NCBI GenBank assembly: GCA_965205675.1
Contig: OZ242186.1
Coordinates: 384,001 to 448,000, forward strand
Reading direction: 5' to 3'
Length of the DNA: 64,000 nucleotides
Source: Nitrosopumilus sp.
GTDB taxonomy: Archaea > Thermoproteota > Nitrososphaeria > Nitrososphaerales > Nitrosopumilaceae
Shown: in pieces, positions 50,223-61,436 of the stretch
How the letters are laid out: each line of letters starts with the position of its first letter
Numbering within the stretch: the first letter of the stretch is position 1
Position numbers and translations under genes: made by a program
Notes under the pieces: generated by a model
Told to the model about the DNA's origin: nothing
Databases searched by the model: none
What the model saw: the letters and a program-made list of their open reading frames with translations, nothing else

Positions 50223-50756
50223 CTATTCACTAAATTCAGACATAATCAAATCTAGTTCAGATTCAACCATAGTAATTATTGGTGGAATAAAATCTACAGT
50301 TACATTTTGTTGAGGCCAGTGAATTTGATTAACACGTCCATTAAGAGTTACTTTGACATTTGATTTTTGATATTCAGTTGCATTATCTAAAACTTTAAAA
50401 GATTCAGAAGGAATTGAAATAAAACCTGTTTCTTTGATTAATGCTTTAATCTTCTCAAGTTTACTCTCATCTAGTTTTGAGCGAACGTCCGGTTTCAGAT
50501 AACCATTATCCGTTACAGAATATTTTAGTTCGCCATCATTTTTGATGTAAAGAATTTCAGTTTTTTGTGCTCCCACTCTCTCTGTTACACCATACGAGAT
50601 TTTTTTTAATTGATGTTTAGTATATTCAATCTCAATATGATCAGTATAATTTGCTGCAGATGTGGGAATTTCATTTTTGAGTAATAATGGAGTAGCAAGT
50701 AAAAGGGCAACAATTACAGGAATAGCGCCCAATACCAAGTAAGCAGGTTTCACCAT
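50223..50756 (-). CDS. Membrane-anchored hypothetical protein
   Basis: N-terminal TM helix. Confidence 0.7.
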   Translation of the reverse strand: MVKPAYLVLGAIPVIVALLLATPLLLKNEIPTSAANYTDHIEIEYTKHQLKKISYGVTERVGAQKTEILYIKNDGELKYSVTDNGYLKPDVRSKLDESKLEKIKALIKETGFISIPSESFKVLDNATEYQKSNVKVTLNGRVNQIHWPQQNVTVDFIPPIITMVESELDLIMSEFSE

Positions 50757-50846
50757 AACAGATTAACAATTACAGATTGATGATTATTGCAAATAAATCT
50801 TAGTTAAAAATAACTTAAAATTCAAGTCTATTTTATTCTTGTTTGT

Positions 50847-51002
50847 GGGGTCGTAGCCTAGCCTGGTAGGGCGACAGTGTCTACGAAAAAGATCACCGCT
50901 AAGGGCTCCAAAGGTTAACTAAGCTATACACTGACTCACGGATGATGTAAGTTTGGAGCTGTAGTGACCCGTAGGTCGCCGGTTCGATTCCGGTCGGCCC
51001 CA
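50847..51002 (+). tRNA. tRNA-Trp (CCA) with two introns (50876-50902 at 28/29; 50912-50966 at 37/38)
   Basis: Removing both introns gives ACGGG-CTCCAAA-CCCGT; intron 1 has BHB central helix GGCG/CGCT with ACA and AAG bulges. Confidence 0.85.
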
Positions 51003-51014
51003 CGTTAAAAAAAT

Positions 51015-53279
51015 CTATCTATCTCTTAGCACATTAAGTGCTGATCCAGATTTGAACCATTTAATTTGAGATTGATTGTAAGAGTGATTTAACAAAATTT
51101 CGTCTTTGTTTCCATTAGCATGGGAAACTATGCATTTAACTTGTTTGTTTGGGGATAATTCGTTTAGATCAAGTAAGCTAATTTTATCATCTTCAAGAAT
51201 TTTTTCATAATCATCAGGATTGCTAAATGTTAATGCTAAGATACCTTGTTTTTTGAGATTTGTTTCATGGATTCTAGCTAAACTCTTGGTAATTACTGCA
51301 GCACATCCCAAAAAGCGAGGAGTCATCGCTGCATGTTCTCTACTACTTCCTTCACCATAATTATTATCACCAACAATTACCCACCTCATCTGATTTTCTT
51401 TGTATTGTCTTGCAATTTTTGAGAAAGACTCCAAGTTGTTGTTTAAAACATTCTTGCCTTGACCTACTTGATCATTAAATGCATTAACTGCACCTAAAAG
51501 CATGTTATCACTAAGATTATCTAAATGTCCACGTAAAGAAAGCCAAGCACCTGCAGGAGATATGTGATCTGTAGTGCACTTACCTTTAGCTTTCACCATT
51601 ATGGGGATATTTTCAAAATCTTCCCCATTCCATTTTGGAAATGGTTCTAAACGTTGGAGTCTCTTACTATTAGAATCAATTAGTACTTCAATATCATCAG
51701 AGTTATCAGGAGGTCCAACAAAAATTCCTTCGGGTCTCATAAAACCTTCTTCAGGTACTTCAGGGGCAGGTTTAGGTGGTTCAAGTTTAAACTTTGTTCC
51801 ATCAGATGCAGTCAATTCATCTTTTAATGGATTAAAAGATAATCGTCCACTCAGTGCTAATGCAATAATCATTTCAGGACTGCCAATAAAGTTTAGAGTG
51901 GATCTATGTCCATCATTTCGACCTGGGAAGTTTCTGTTAAATGTCGTAACAATAGTATTTTGTTGATCATTTTCTAATTCAGGCCTATCCCATTGACCAA
52001 TACAAGGACCGCATGCATTGGCTAGAACAATTGCCCCTATGTCTTTGAGTGAATCCATTTGCCCATCTCGTTCAATAGTTCCACGAATTTGTTCAGAACC
52101 TGGAGTTACCAATAATGGAACTTTTGCTTTAATGCCTTTGGCCTTTGCTTGTTCAGCTAAGCTTGCTGCTCTTGACATATCTTCATAAGACGAATTTGTA
52201 CAACTACCAATTAATGCAACAGAGATTGGATCTGTATAGTCTTTAATTTGTACATCCTCCGATAATTCTGTGATTGTTCTTGCCAAGTCTGGAGTGTGTG
52301 GACCAACAATGTGTGGTTCTAATGTTGAAAGATTAATCTCAATAACTCTATCAAAGAATTTTTCTGGGTTAGATTCTACCTCCATGTCTGCAACAAGTGA
52401 TTCTTTGTTTTGGTTGGCTAGTTCTGCAATGTCTGTTCTGTTAGTGTATTTCAGATAAGTTTCCATTCTTTCATCGTATGGGAATACAGAACATGTCGCT
52501 CCAATTTCAGCACCCATATTTGTTATGGTTGCTTTACCTGTACAACTGATAGATTTTGTTCCAGATCCAAAATATTCAACAATTGCGTTTGTACCTCCAG
52601 ACACTGTCAATTCATCAGCAACTTTCAGTATGATATCTTTAGGAGCAGTCCATCCATTTAACTCACCAATTAATTTTACACCAATTTTTTTAGGATAAAG
52701 TAATTCCCAATTCATACCAGCCATAGTTTCTGCTGCATCTAATCCTCCAACACCAATTGCAATCATGCCAAGACCACCTGCATTTGGAGTATGAGAATCA
52801 GTACCAATCATCAATCCCCCTGGAAATGCATAGTTTTCAAGAACAACTTGATGAATAATCCCCGCACCTGGTTTCCAAAAACCACATCCATATTTTGCAG
52901 ATGCTGATTGTAAAAATTTGAAAACCTCTCTGTTTTTATCAAGAGAAGATTTCATATCAACATCACCTCGAACTTCAGCTCGAATTAGATGGTCACAATG
53001 TACAGTTGTTGGTAATGATACTTGTTTTAATCCAGCTTGCATGAATTGAAGCATTACCATTTGACCAGTTACATCTTGCAATGCAACTCTATCTGGTTTT
53101 AAAAAGACATAATCCTTTCCGCCAGTGAAAACTGTATCGTCAATTTTATTAAGATGACCAGAAAGTATTTTCTCAGTAAGTGTTAATGGTCTGCCAATTA
53201 CATTTCTATATTTTACAATGTTTTCTTTTAATTTCAGATAAACATTAGAAACAAGTTCAGGAGTAGTATTTATTTCCAC
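51015..53279 (-). CDS. Aconitate hydratase
   Basis: HCDH, DSHTPN, GSCTN, CGPCIG and GSSREHAA motifs; probable GTG start. Confidence 0.95.
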   Translation of the reverse strand: MEINTTPELVSNVYLKLKENIVKYRNVIGRPLTLTEKILSGHLNKIDDTVFTGGKDYVFLKPDRVALQDVTGQMVMLQFMQAGLKQVSLPTTVHCDHLIRAEVRGDVDMKSSLDKNREVFKFLQSASAKYGCGFWKPGAGIIHQVVLENYAFPGGLMIGTDSHTPNAGGLGMIAIGVGGLDAAETMAGMNWELLYPKKIGVKLIGELNGWTAPKDIILKVADELTVSGGTNAIVEYFGSGTKSISCTGKATITNMGAEIGATCSVFPYDERMETYLKYTNRTDIAELANQNKESLVADMEVESNPEKFFDRVIEINLSTLEPHIVGPHTPDLARTITELSEDVQIKDYTDPISVALIGSCTNSSYEDMSRAASLAEQAKAKGIKAKVPLLVTPGSEQIRGTIERDGQMDSLKDIGAIVLANACGPCIGQWDRPELENDQQNTIVTTFNRNFPGRNDGHRSTLNFIGSPEMIIALALSGRLSFNPLKDELTASDGTKFKLEPPKPAPEVPEEGFMRPEGIFVGPPDNSDDIEVLIDSNSKRLQRLEPFPKWNGEDFENIPIMVKAKGKCTTDHISPAGAWLSLRGHLDNLSDNMLLGAVNAFNDQVGQGKNVLNNNLESFSKIARQYKENQMRWVIVGDNNYGEGSSREHAAMTPRFLGCAAVITKSLARIHETNLKKQGILALTFSNPDDYEKILEDDKISLLDLNELSPNKQVKCIVSHANGNKDEILLNHSYNQSQIKWFKSGSALNVLRDR

Positions 53280-53434
53280 AGTATGTGATGAATTAATCCC
53301 AAATTTAATATTTACAATTAGAAATTTCAATAAATTATTTCAATAGACATGTCAATTCTTAACAATTATAAGCCAAAAGAGGCTTTTCAATACAGTGTTG
53401 GTTAGCAGTAAATTTTCTAAACAGAGGTATAACT

Positions 53435-54067
53435 ATGGTCAATAAAGGATTTCCAAAATTTGGCATGTCACAAGCAGGCGCATTTGTTGCAGCTCTCAAA
53501 AATTATAATTTGCCCGATTTTATCCTAGTTTTAGTTGCAAAAGAATGCAAATCAGATTTACTTGAAAGAGGAAGAATAGATGATAGATTACAAAGTATGA
53601 ATGATGATGCTTTAGAATTATTACACAAGGTTTTTGTTGGTTGCGAAGAAGATACTGCAGGAAAATATGCACAATACAGATTTTTTGCATATGTATCAAG
53701 TATGTATCATAAATGTGAAGTAATAGTCAACGATACTATTCCAGGCGCATCAGGTAAAAATCATAAAATTCCTGTTGCAGTAAAAAACAATGGAATGTAC
53801 ATAGCAATTGCATATAACAAAGCAACTGGAAATCCAGTGAATAAAAAAGAAACAATCCGTTTTTATGATATGGTAGATGATATCAAAAAAGGTGATCATG
53901 GTACGATGTTAACTGATGGGATTTATGGGTCTTCAGTAGGATTTAGAGGAGATGCACTTGTAGAACTTGAAATATTAAGTAAATCACGAACTAATGATCC
54001 TGAAAATAAATTAGATTTCAAAACTGCAAATTTTGAAAATAATATTTATTCAGTTACAAAATGTTAA
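53435..54067 (+). CDS. Hypothetical protein
   Basis: 210-aa ORF. Confidence 0.72.
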   Translation: MVNKGFPKFGMSQAGAFVAALKNYNLPDFILVLVAKECKSDLLERGRIDDRLQSMNDDALELLHKVFVGCEEDTAGKYAQYRFFAYVSSMYHKCEVIVNDTIPGASGKNHKIPVAVKNNGMYIAIAYNKATGNPVNKKETIRFYDMVDDIKKGDHGTMLTDGIYGSSVGFRGDALVELEILSKSRTNDPENKLDFKTANFENNIYSVTKC

Positions 54068-54648
54068 TTACAAAAATTTTTTTCTAAATAAAATTGCGAA
54101 GTATCCATTGTTAAAAACATGGGTTTCCCATCAGTTTTTTGGAAGTCTTCGCCATATTGTTCAAATTCTAACTGTTCAAAAAGATGTTTAGTCCATACGT
54201 CATGAACATCTTGAATGAATCTCTTATGGCCATTAATTCTCAACATTTCATGAATTAGTTCATGAGATGCAGTAGTACAATTTTTTTCTGCAAGAAACAA
54301 AGTATCACTAGTTTCTTTTGGAGATTGCCAAAGTATCATTCCAAAATTTTCAGCATGATATCCTTCACATGTACAATCAGTCCACAAAGGTCTGAAATGA
54401 GTCAAATAGAAATGGTAAATATCGCTCCCTCTTTGTTGATGATCACGAATCAATGTATGTGTATCAAGACGTTGAAGAACACTTCTAGGTGTTGTAATCA
54501 TTTCATCACATTGAATTTCATAATCTTTTCCAAATTTTTTTTTTAGCCAAGACTGATAAAATTTACTCATTTTTTTAACATACTCAAATTCAAATTGTCG
54601 TTTTTCACGATCTTTTTCAGGTACTACAAAAATAAAATGTAGAATCAT
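54064..54648 (-). CDS. Hypothetical protein with HExxH motif
   Basis: SHELIHE. Confidence 0.72.
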   Translation of the reverse strand: MILHFIFVVPEKDREKRQFEFEYVKKMSKFYQSWLKKKFGKDYEIQCDEMITTPRSVLQRLDTHTLIRDHQQRGSDIYHFYLTHFRPLWTDCTCEGYHAENFGMILWQSPKETSDTLFLAEKNCTTASHELIHEMLRINGHKRFIQDVHDVWTKHLFEQLEFEQYGEDFQKTDGKPMFLTMDTSQFYLEKNFCN

Positions 54649-54666
54649 AATAAGAAAAAAAGGTGT

Positions 54667-54906
54667 TTATGTTTGGCCTTCAATACCCATTAGGGTCAGA
54701 GTTGAACGAATCTTTTCAATTTTTCTGATTTTCCAGGTAATTGTCTCTCTAAGTTTTTCAACAGTATTTGATTCGATCTTGGCCAAAATATCGTATGCGC
54801 CAAAAGTTCCATGAACTTCTTTAACACCCTCCAAGCCCTTTAGTTGCTGAATAATAGCTTCTTCAGAACCTAATTCACAGTTTATTAAAACATAAGCTGT
54901 TGCCAT
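54667..54906 (-). CDS. Lrp/AsnC ligand-binding domain protein
   Basis: AYVLIN...GAYDILAKIE...IRKI. Confidence 0.9.
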   Translation of the reverse strand: MATAYVLINCELGSEEAIIQQLKGLEGVKEVHGTFGAYDILAKIESNTVEKLRETITWKIRKIEKIRSTLTLMGIEGQT

Positions 54907-55377
54907 ATAGAAATTAAATAAATCGACTATATCAATAAAGCTAATTCAAACAATCAGTTTATGGGATTTATTAACTAAATATTGGGTTTTAGGCTCATAG
55001 ATTAGCGGTTCTTTTGGTTCAATGATTATAAGCAGTTTTTATGCATAAAATAGGATCTATTGAATTCTTAATTATGTCGTAACAGATTAATGAAATATTA
55101 GGGATTTACAAAATTTCAAATAAAAGAAGTTTAGATAAATTTATGATTAATTTTTTGTTTTTTCTTGAACCCTGATATATTCTTCTAAGAAATCATGATT
55201 CTGACAGCCTAGGATAATTTTTCAATTTCAGTAGATGGGAAAGTATTTAATTCGGATCATAAAATAACAATCATTTCCTCAAATTATTCAGATAGAAAAA
55301 GCTTGATGAATGTGTCCAATTCCGGCTTCCTAGAAATCATCAACGAAACAAACAGAAATCAAACACATTCTGTGACA

Positions 55378-55472
55378 ATTCCAAGTCAACAATCGATAGA
55401 GTAACTCAATACACTGCCATGAATATGTCTGGAGAAGGATACATTCCAAGTCAACAATCGATAGAGTAACTC
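55378..55472. repeat. 30-bp direct repeat at the 3' end of the IS5 transposase
   Basis: attccaagtcaacaatcgatagagtaactc at 55378 and 55443. Confidence 0.9.
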
Positions 55473-56472
55473 TCTTGTTTTTATGGCACCATTATATGAT
55501 TTGATTTCAGAATCAAACCTTCTTTTTACTTCAGAAAATATTCTCACAGTTTTATTCTGTTCATGGTACAATGTTTCTTCATCAAATTCATTTCTTATCT
55601 GTTTTCTATACTTGTCATGTGTATCTAAAATTGAATTGTCTCCTCTAACTGGAATTCTTGAGAGAATATTCTCATATCTCTAATTTGCTTATGAATTGAT
55701 TCTGTATTGTTGTATCCCAAAATCAGTTCGTCCCTTATTTGACATCGTATTCTTCTCCTGTCTGCTCATCAATAACTCTTGTTCCTTTCTCTGGCATCTT
55801 TCTTGCATATGCCTTTACAGGGGTCTCAAGATTATCCCAGTCAAGTGACATGTGTGGCTTTATGTGGTTGTACCAGTGGACCAGCTCATCAATGGTGCCA
55901 AACCATTTCTGCTTTCTCTGAATCTCGCCGTGAAATCTTTCGAGCTTGCCATTGGTTTGAGGATGGTTCACTCTTGCCATGATGCGTTTTATTCCAAGTC
56001 TAACCAGTTCTTGCTCAAACTGTGATGCTCCTTTTCTCTTGTATTCTGATTGGTTTGCATAAAATTGGGAGCCATGATCAGTTAGAATTGATGCAGGCCT
56101 ACCGTGCTTTGCAATTGCCTCATGTAATACTACAAGTGCGTTATCTGTTGTTGCCTCTGCAAACACTCCATGAGAAACGATAAACCTTGATGCGTCATCC
56201 TGGTAACACAGAAACCATCTGCCATCGTCTAACTGCTTCCAGTCAGTATGCCACATGGAGTTTGAATATGTCCTTTCATATCTAACCCACTTTCGCCTTC
56301 TCCTCTTCTTTGGCTGATCTTCTGCCAACCCCTCATCTCTCATAATTTTGTGTATGGTATTGTGAGGTATGTGTGTTCCAGTGGTATCAATTATTTTCTC
56401 CAGGAATACTGCAGAACACCTGAACTTTTCAAATGTAGACTGGACAGTCTGTACCATCTGCTCTGTAATTAT

Positions 56473-56673
56473 CCATGTGAATTGTTTTTATACATTTCCT
56501 CTCTTTCCATACATCAGGGCATGGCTTTCGCTAGAGAATGGTTTCAATCAAAAGATGGCAGACATGTATCCATACGAGACTATTCTCTCAATGCTATCTT
56601 CATCCTAGTTAGGATTGTTCGCAGTTATTAGACGAGGCCTTGTCCCTCAATAATTACAACGCGACTTGCAGTC
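56473..56673 (-). ncRNA. IS110 3' non-coding region, candidate bridge/seek RNA (copy B)
   Basis: Scaffold shared with 57835-58022; paired stems enclosing variable loops. Confidence 0.6.
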
Positions 56674-57832
56674 CTAACTATAATTTTGTACAAATTCTCT
56701 CCTCTCCTTTAACATCCAATAAATCACCCTCAGGATCTTTGATGCACCAGCTACTGCAGCTTTGGATGATCCTCTTTTCTTTTTAATGCGATTGTAAAAT
56801 TTTGTAATGTCACTATCCTTGGCATGAATTGCATGAGTGTGTATGCATTCTGTTAGAACCCATCTCAATGTCATGCTTCCCCTTTTTGTTATTCTGCCAT
56901 GGTGTATTGTATCTGCAGAGTTTCTAACTGATGGTACAACTCCTGCATATGCACACAGTTTGTGAGAATCATTGAATCTCTCAATATCTGCAATCTCTGA
57001 TGCAATGACAAGCGAAGAATAATGCCCAATTCCCGGAATCGAGTTTATCAAAATTGCATCAGGATTAACTTTTACAGCAGCATACACTTTGGAATTAATC
57101 TCTGCAATCTGTAAATTAAGGTGGCTGATTTGTTGCAAGAATCCGTCTATTCTGTAATCTCCTAGTGCCTTGAGTCTTCTGTTGTATGTTTCAGTGAATG
57201 TAACTCCTGGAATCCTGATTCCTTCCTGTAACAATATTCCATGAACTGAATTCTTGACAGATGTTCTCCATTGGATTAGTTTTTTCCTATATCTTACAAG
57301 CTGTCTTTGTTGTACAATCTTTTTGTCTGGAACATAACATGTGGCAATGTATCCTCCTCGTAAAAGATCTGCCAATATCTTGGCATCAATCTTGTCTGTT
57401 TTCTTTTTTGATGTAGCAATTGCCTTTGTCAAATATGGGTTTGAGAGTGTGACGTTTTTGTATCCCAAAGTATCTGTGAGAAATCGATACGTGTCATACC
57501 AGACTGATGAGGATTCCATTACAATATTTGCAGAAATTGGTATTTTTGCAAAATGCTTTTTGATGGATTCATGAGTGTTATCCACTTTGTCATTTTGTAA
57601 TACTTTGCCTGCATCATCCATTTATTACTTGAAGAAACTTCTTGTGCAGGTCAATGCCCACAAACATGCCTTTCTTTGGATTTTTTCTAATCTGTTTGTT
57701 TGTAATCTTTTTTGGAGCCGAGTATTTACGAACCTTGGAACTAGATTCATTTTTTATGCTATCTGATTTCCTTGCTTTCTTATTCACATATCCATGTGAA
57801 TCCCTTTTAACTATTGTCGGTATTTTTGCCAT
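56674..57832 (-). pseudogene. IS110-family transposase (B), frameshifted near 57620
   Basis: VGIDLHK | MESS, KTDKIDA, SIPGIG, YAGVVPSVRNSA. Confidence 0.88.
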
Positions 57833-57834
57833 AT

Positions 57835-58022
57835 TAATTACAGCTTACGCTAATACACTCATACTTTCAATCACAGATGAAACCAGACACATATCCATTC
57901 GGGGTTCTCCCCCAGTACCATCTTCATCCATTTATTAGGTGAAACCGCGGTTATAGTTTCGAGGTATTATGCATCCTCAATGTGAAAACGCGGCCAAACT
58001 CCTAACTGTAATGTTTTACAAA
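57835..58022 (-). ncRNA. IS110 3' non-coding region, candidate bridge/seek RNA (copy A)
   Basis: Homologous scaffold to 56473-56673. Confidence 0.6.
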
Positions 58023-60214
58023 TTATTGATGACATTGAACAAATTCTCTCCTCTCTTTTAGCATCCAATATATGACACGCAATAACTTTGATGCAGCAGC
58101 AACTGCTGCCTTTGAGGTCCCTCTCTTTTTCTTAATGCGATTATAAAATTTTGTAATGTTGCTATCTGGTGCGTATCTAACATGTGCATGAATTGCCTCC
58201 ACTAGCAACCATCTTAGCATGGTGCTTCCTCTCTTTGTAATTCTTCCGTGATGTATTGTATCTGCAGAATTTCTCACCGATGGAACAATCCCTGCATATG
58301 CACATAACTTGTGAGAATTTGAAAATCTACTAATCTCTGCAATTTCTGAGAATATGCTCAATGCAGTGTATGGTCCAACTCCAGGTGTGGATATCAAAAT
58401 ACACACACCAGGATTATCATTTACCATGCGACGTATCATGGAATCTATCTTTGCAACCTCCTTTTTGTGAAATTTTATGCTTTGTAGGTACGAATCTATT
58501 CTATAACTCTCCAATTTTCCAAGTGCACGTATGTGTTCTGAGGAAAATGGTGTTGCTTTGATATGGATTCCCTCCTGTAGTGTAATACCATGTATGGAAT
58601 TCTTCATCTTTACAATAATGCGTATAATCTTGTGTCGATGTCTTACAAGCTGTCTGTATTGCACAATTGTGTGATCTGGCACAAATGATTCTGCAATGTA
58701 TACTCTCTAACAAAATTTTATGATCTGTTGATCTGATTTATTTTACCAAATGCCATATTGATCAAAACATTACACATCAAACCATGAATAATCAAAAATT
58801 AATTCAAGCATACAAAGATGAAAAGAACGTCAAGGTAAAAGAAAGGCTATTTTTGATAAAGCGAGTATTACTTGAGAACCAAATTGCATCACATGTTGCA
58901 AAGAATCTTGGACGTGTACGTTCATGGGCATACAAATGGTTAGATAGATTTGCAGAATATGGAATTGCAGGACTGCAAGACTTGCCTAGAACTGGCAGAC
59001 CAACTAGTATACCAAAAAAGAAACTAGTCAGCATTCAACTACAAATTGCAGAAAAACAATCCGGCTGGAGTGCAAAGCAAGTGATGAATCTGATTTATCA
59101 AAAATCAGGTGTAAAATATCATGAGGTTCATGTGTACAGATTATTACACAAATGGGGATTTGTTCCAAAGGTTGCAGCAAAGAGATTTGTAAATTCAGCT
59201 AGTGTTGAGGAAAAACTCTGGTTTAAAAAAACTCCAAAGAACAAATAGCCTCAAAAATAGCAAAAGGCTTTACAGTTCTTGCACAAGATGAGTCCATCTT
59301 TACTGCTGATGCGATATTTAGAAAAAAGATGTGGGTAAAGAAAGGAACCCGTCCAATTATTCTAGTAAACGGGTCACATCAAAAAACAATCATTTTTGGT
59401 GCACTGACTCATGACGGCAGGCAATTATTCAGACAATATGAAAAATTTGATCAGTACTGTTTTTTGGATTATCTAAAGGAATTGCACAGAAAGTTTGGCA
59501 AGATTCTAGTCTATGTAGACCGAGCACCACAACACAGATCAAAACTAGTACAAAAATATCTTGATGAGAATGCAGATGATGTTCTATTGAATTGGTTTCC
59601 AAAAGGCTCACCACAGCTCAATGCAGTTGAGGAAGTATGGAAGCAAGGAAAATACAATTTGTTGGTGTCACAGTATCAACCATCTCTAAGTAATCTGAAA
59701 AATAACATCTCCAAATATTACAGAACCAGACGATTCAATTTAGACATTCTCAAGTATATGCAACGAGAGGATGGTTGACGAACTTATGTTAGGAAGTATA
59801 TCCTCCTCGTAGCAAATTTGCAAGATGGTACGCATCAATTTTATCAGTCTTTTTGAGTGATGATGCTATTATCTTTGTGTTGTATGGATTAGATAGTATA
59901 ACATCAAGATGTAATTTGTCTGTCATGTGTCTATAAAGGCCATACCAGACAGATGATGACTCTAAAACATATTTTGCGTTCTTTGGAATTTTGGATGTAA
60001 TTTTGCTAATAGCAGAAAAATCACTGGAAATCTTTTTGTTAAATAATAATTTGCCAATCTCATCTACTGCTGCCACCTGTACAGAGTTCTTGTGAACATC
60101 CAATCCTACAAACATCAAATATTTTTTTTCAGGAAGGGTAGTGTGTTTGTTTGCATTTCTTACTTTCTTGATACGAATGCAAGTACCATCTAATTTCCTA
60201 GCTGATTTTGGCAC
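58023..60214 (-). pseudogene. IS110-family transposase (A) interrupted by IS630
   Basis: VGLDVHK...LLRGG-Y|IAESFVPD rejoins in frame after removing 58701-59798 and one TA. Confidence 0.9.
58701..59798 (+). mobile_element. IS630-family element (copy A2), intact
   Basis: TA duplication at 58699-58700 and 59799-59800; TIRs tactctctaacaaaa / tacttcctaacataa; orfA 58784-59248; DDE orfB to 59778; slippery TTTAAAAAAA at 59222. Confidence 0.93.
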
Positions 60215-61436
60215 ATATGGTTATAGTTATTCCCTTTGGCCTTCCAGGCTTGCCTAGAATCGGAATTGCACCAGTACGGCGATACCGTGAGTAGAGTTTC
60301 TGCACCCACCGAACAGATATCTTCATGGATGAGGCTACGTCTGCGTTCTTGGCACCATCCTCTTTTGACTTGATTATCCAGAATATCTGGATTGGATCTA
60401 ACTTTTGCATAATCTTGTGATTCTTTCCTCTTTTCCAAACGTATCTTGACTTTAGTCTGGAAATGATGGGGTGAACTAATTTGAGGATAATAGAATTGTA
60501 TTCGTTGGAGTAACATCATACATTTGAGAGAATGATTTTGGGAAAATGTTTTATGATGTCATGAGATACGAGATGATGGTGCTGAATCACAACTGCACAA
60601 ATCAACTGGGATTTCATATCAAAATCTACTGACATTTTTGTAAATGCGTGCCCGAGATTGCATCTGCAAGAATAGTATGGTGTATAGCAGCAACTGTCTG
60701 TTTTTAAATTTTGTTGCATCTACTCCTGCAAATATTGCATCCGAAGATATTATTCCAATAAATCTACTAATTGCAACATTATCCAATTACAACTCAAAAC
60801 TATACTCAATAACAAAAATTCGTCACCCTATTCTAAACTCGATTTACGTACATTGTAGATTCAAGTTTAAATTTCAAGAATTAGCATAATTTGGAAGATT
60901 TTGGGTCATGAATATTTGTTAGACAGTATCTCCTATTTTACAACACTTCAAAAGATAGCAGCAGTTAGATTAAGTGACATTTTCCTGTGTGATTTCTGTT
61001 GCCACATCTAACCATTCAACAAAACTCTCATAACTTTTGACTCGTACTGCCTAAGGACTAGCGGTATGTTGTGTGTTGGTGTATTGAAAATGTATATTCT
61101 GATTTGGAATGCAAAAACAGTGGAACATTGATTTTCTTTAGAATATACAGCAGCAGGAGGGAAATCATGCGTTGGTATTTGTTTTTCATAGAATAAAATG
61201 ATTATCAATAATTGATGATTAGTTTGATGTATGATTAGGTAAAATATTGATGATTTCTAGAAAGCCTAAAAAATAAAGTTATTTTTAATTGAAATGTAAG
61301 CTACAAAGTTATAATTGGGATGATGAAAATATTTCAATTGTCAAATCAAATATGCAAAATTTTTAGGAATTGTAAATTTGTATTTAATCTTTGACCAAAG
61401 TTTAATATACAGAGTTTTGATTTTACCGATCGAACT

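Larger units (their letters stand above)
55711..60491 (-). mobile_element. IS481-family element, transposase split by the IS110 block
   Basis: N-terminus 60410-60228 (HTH...GRPKGI) joins in frame to 56469-55735 (WHTD, DDASR, TDHGSQF, PQTNGKLER); imperfect 22-bp TIRs 55713-55734 / 60468-60489. Confidence 0.85.
55324..61266 (-). mobile_element. Decayed IS5-family element hosting nested IS
   Basis: 20-bp TIR ggcttcctagaaatcatcaa (55324-55343) / ttgatgatttctagaaagcc (61247-61266); transposase fragments at ~60500-61190 and ~55390-55710. Confidence 0.75.

Noticed and set aside
55378-55472. 30-bp repeat with a 35-bp spacer resembling a mini-CRISPR
   Set aside because: Only two copies, no cas genes, and the repeat encodes the transposase C-terminus (ELLYRLLTWN); a local duplication
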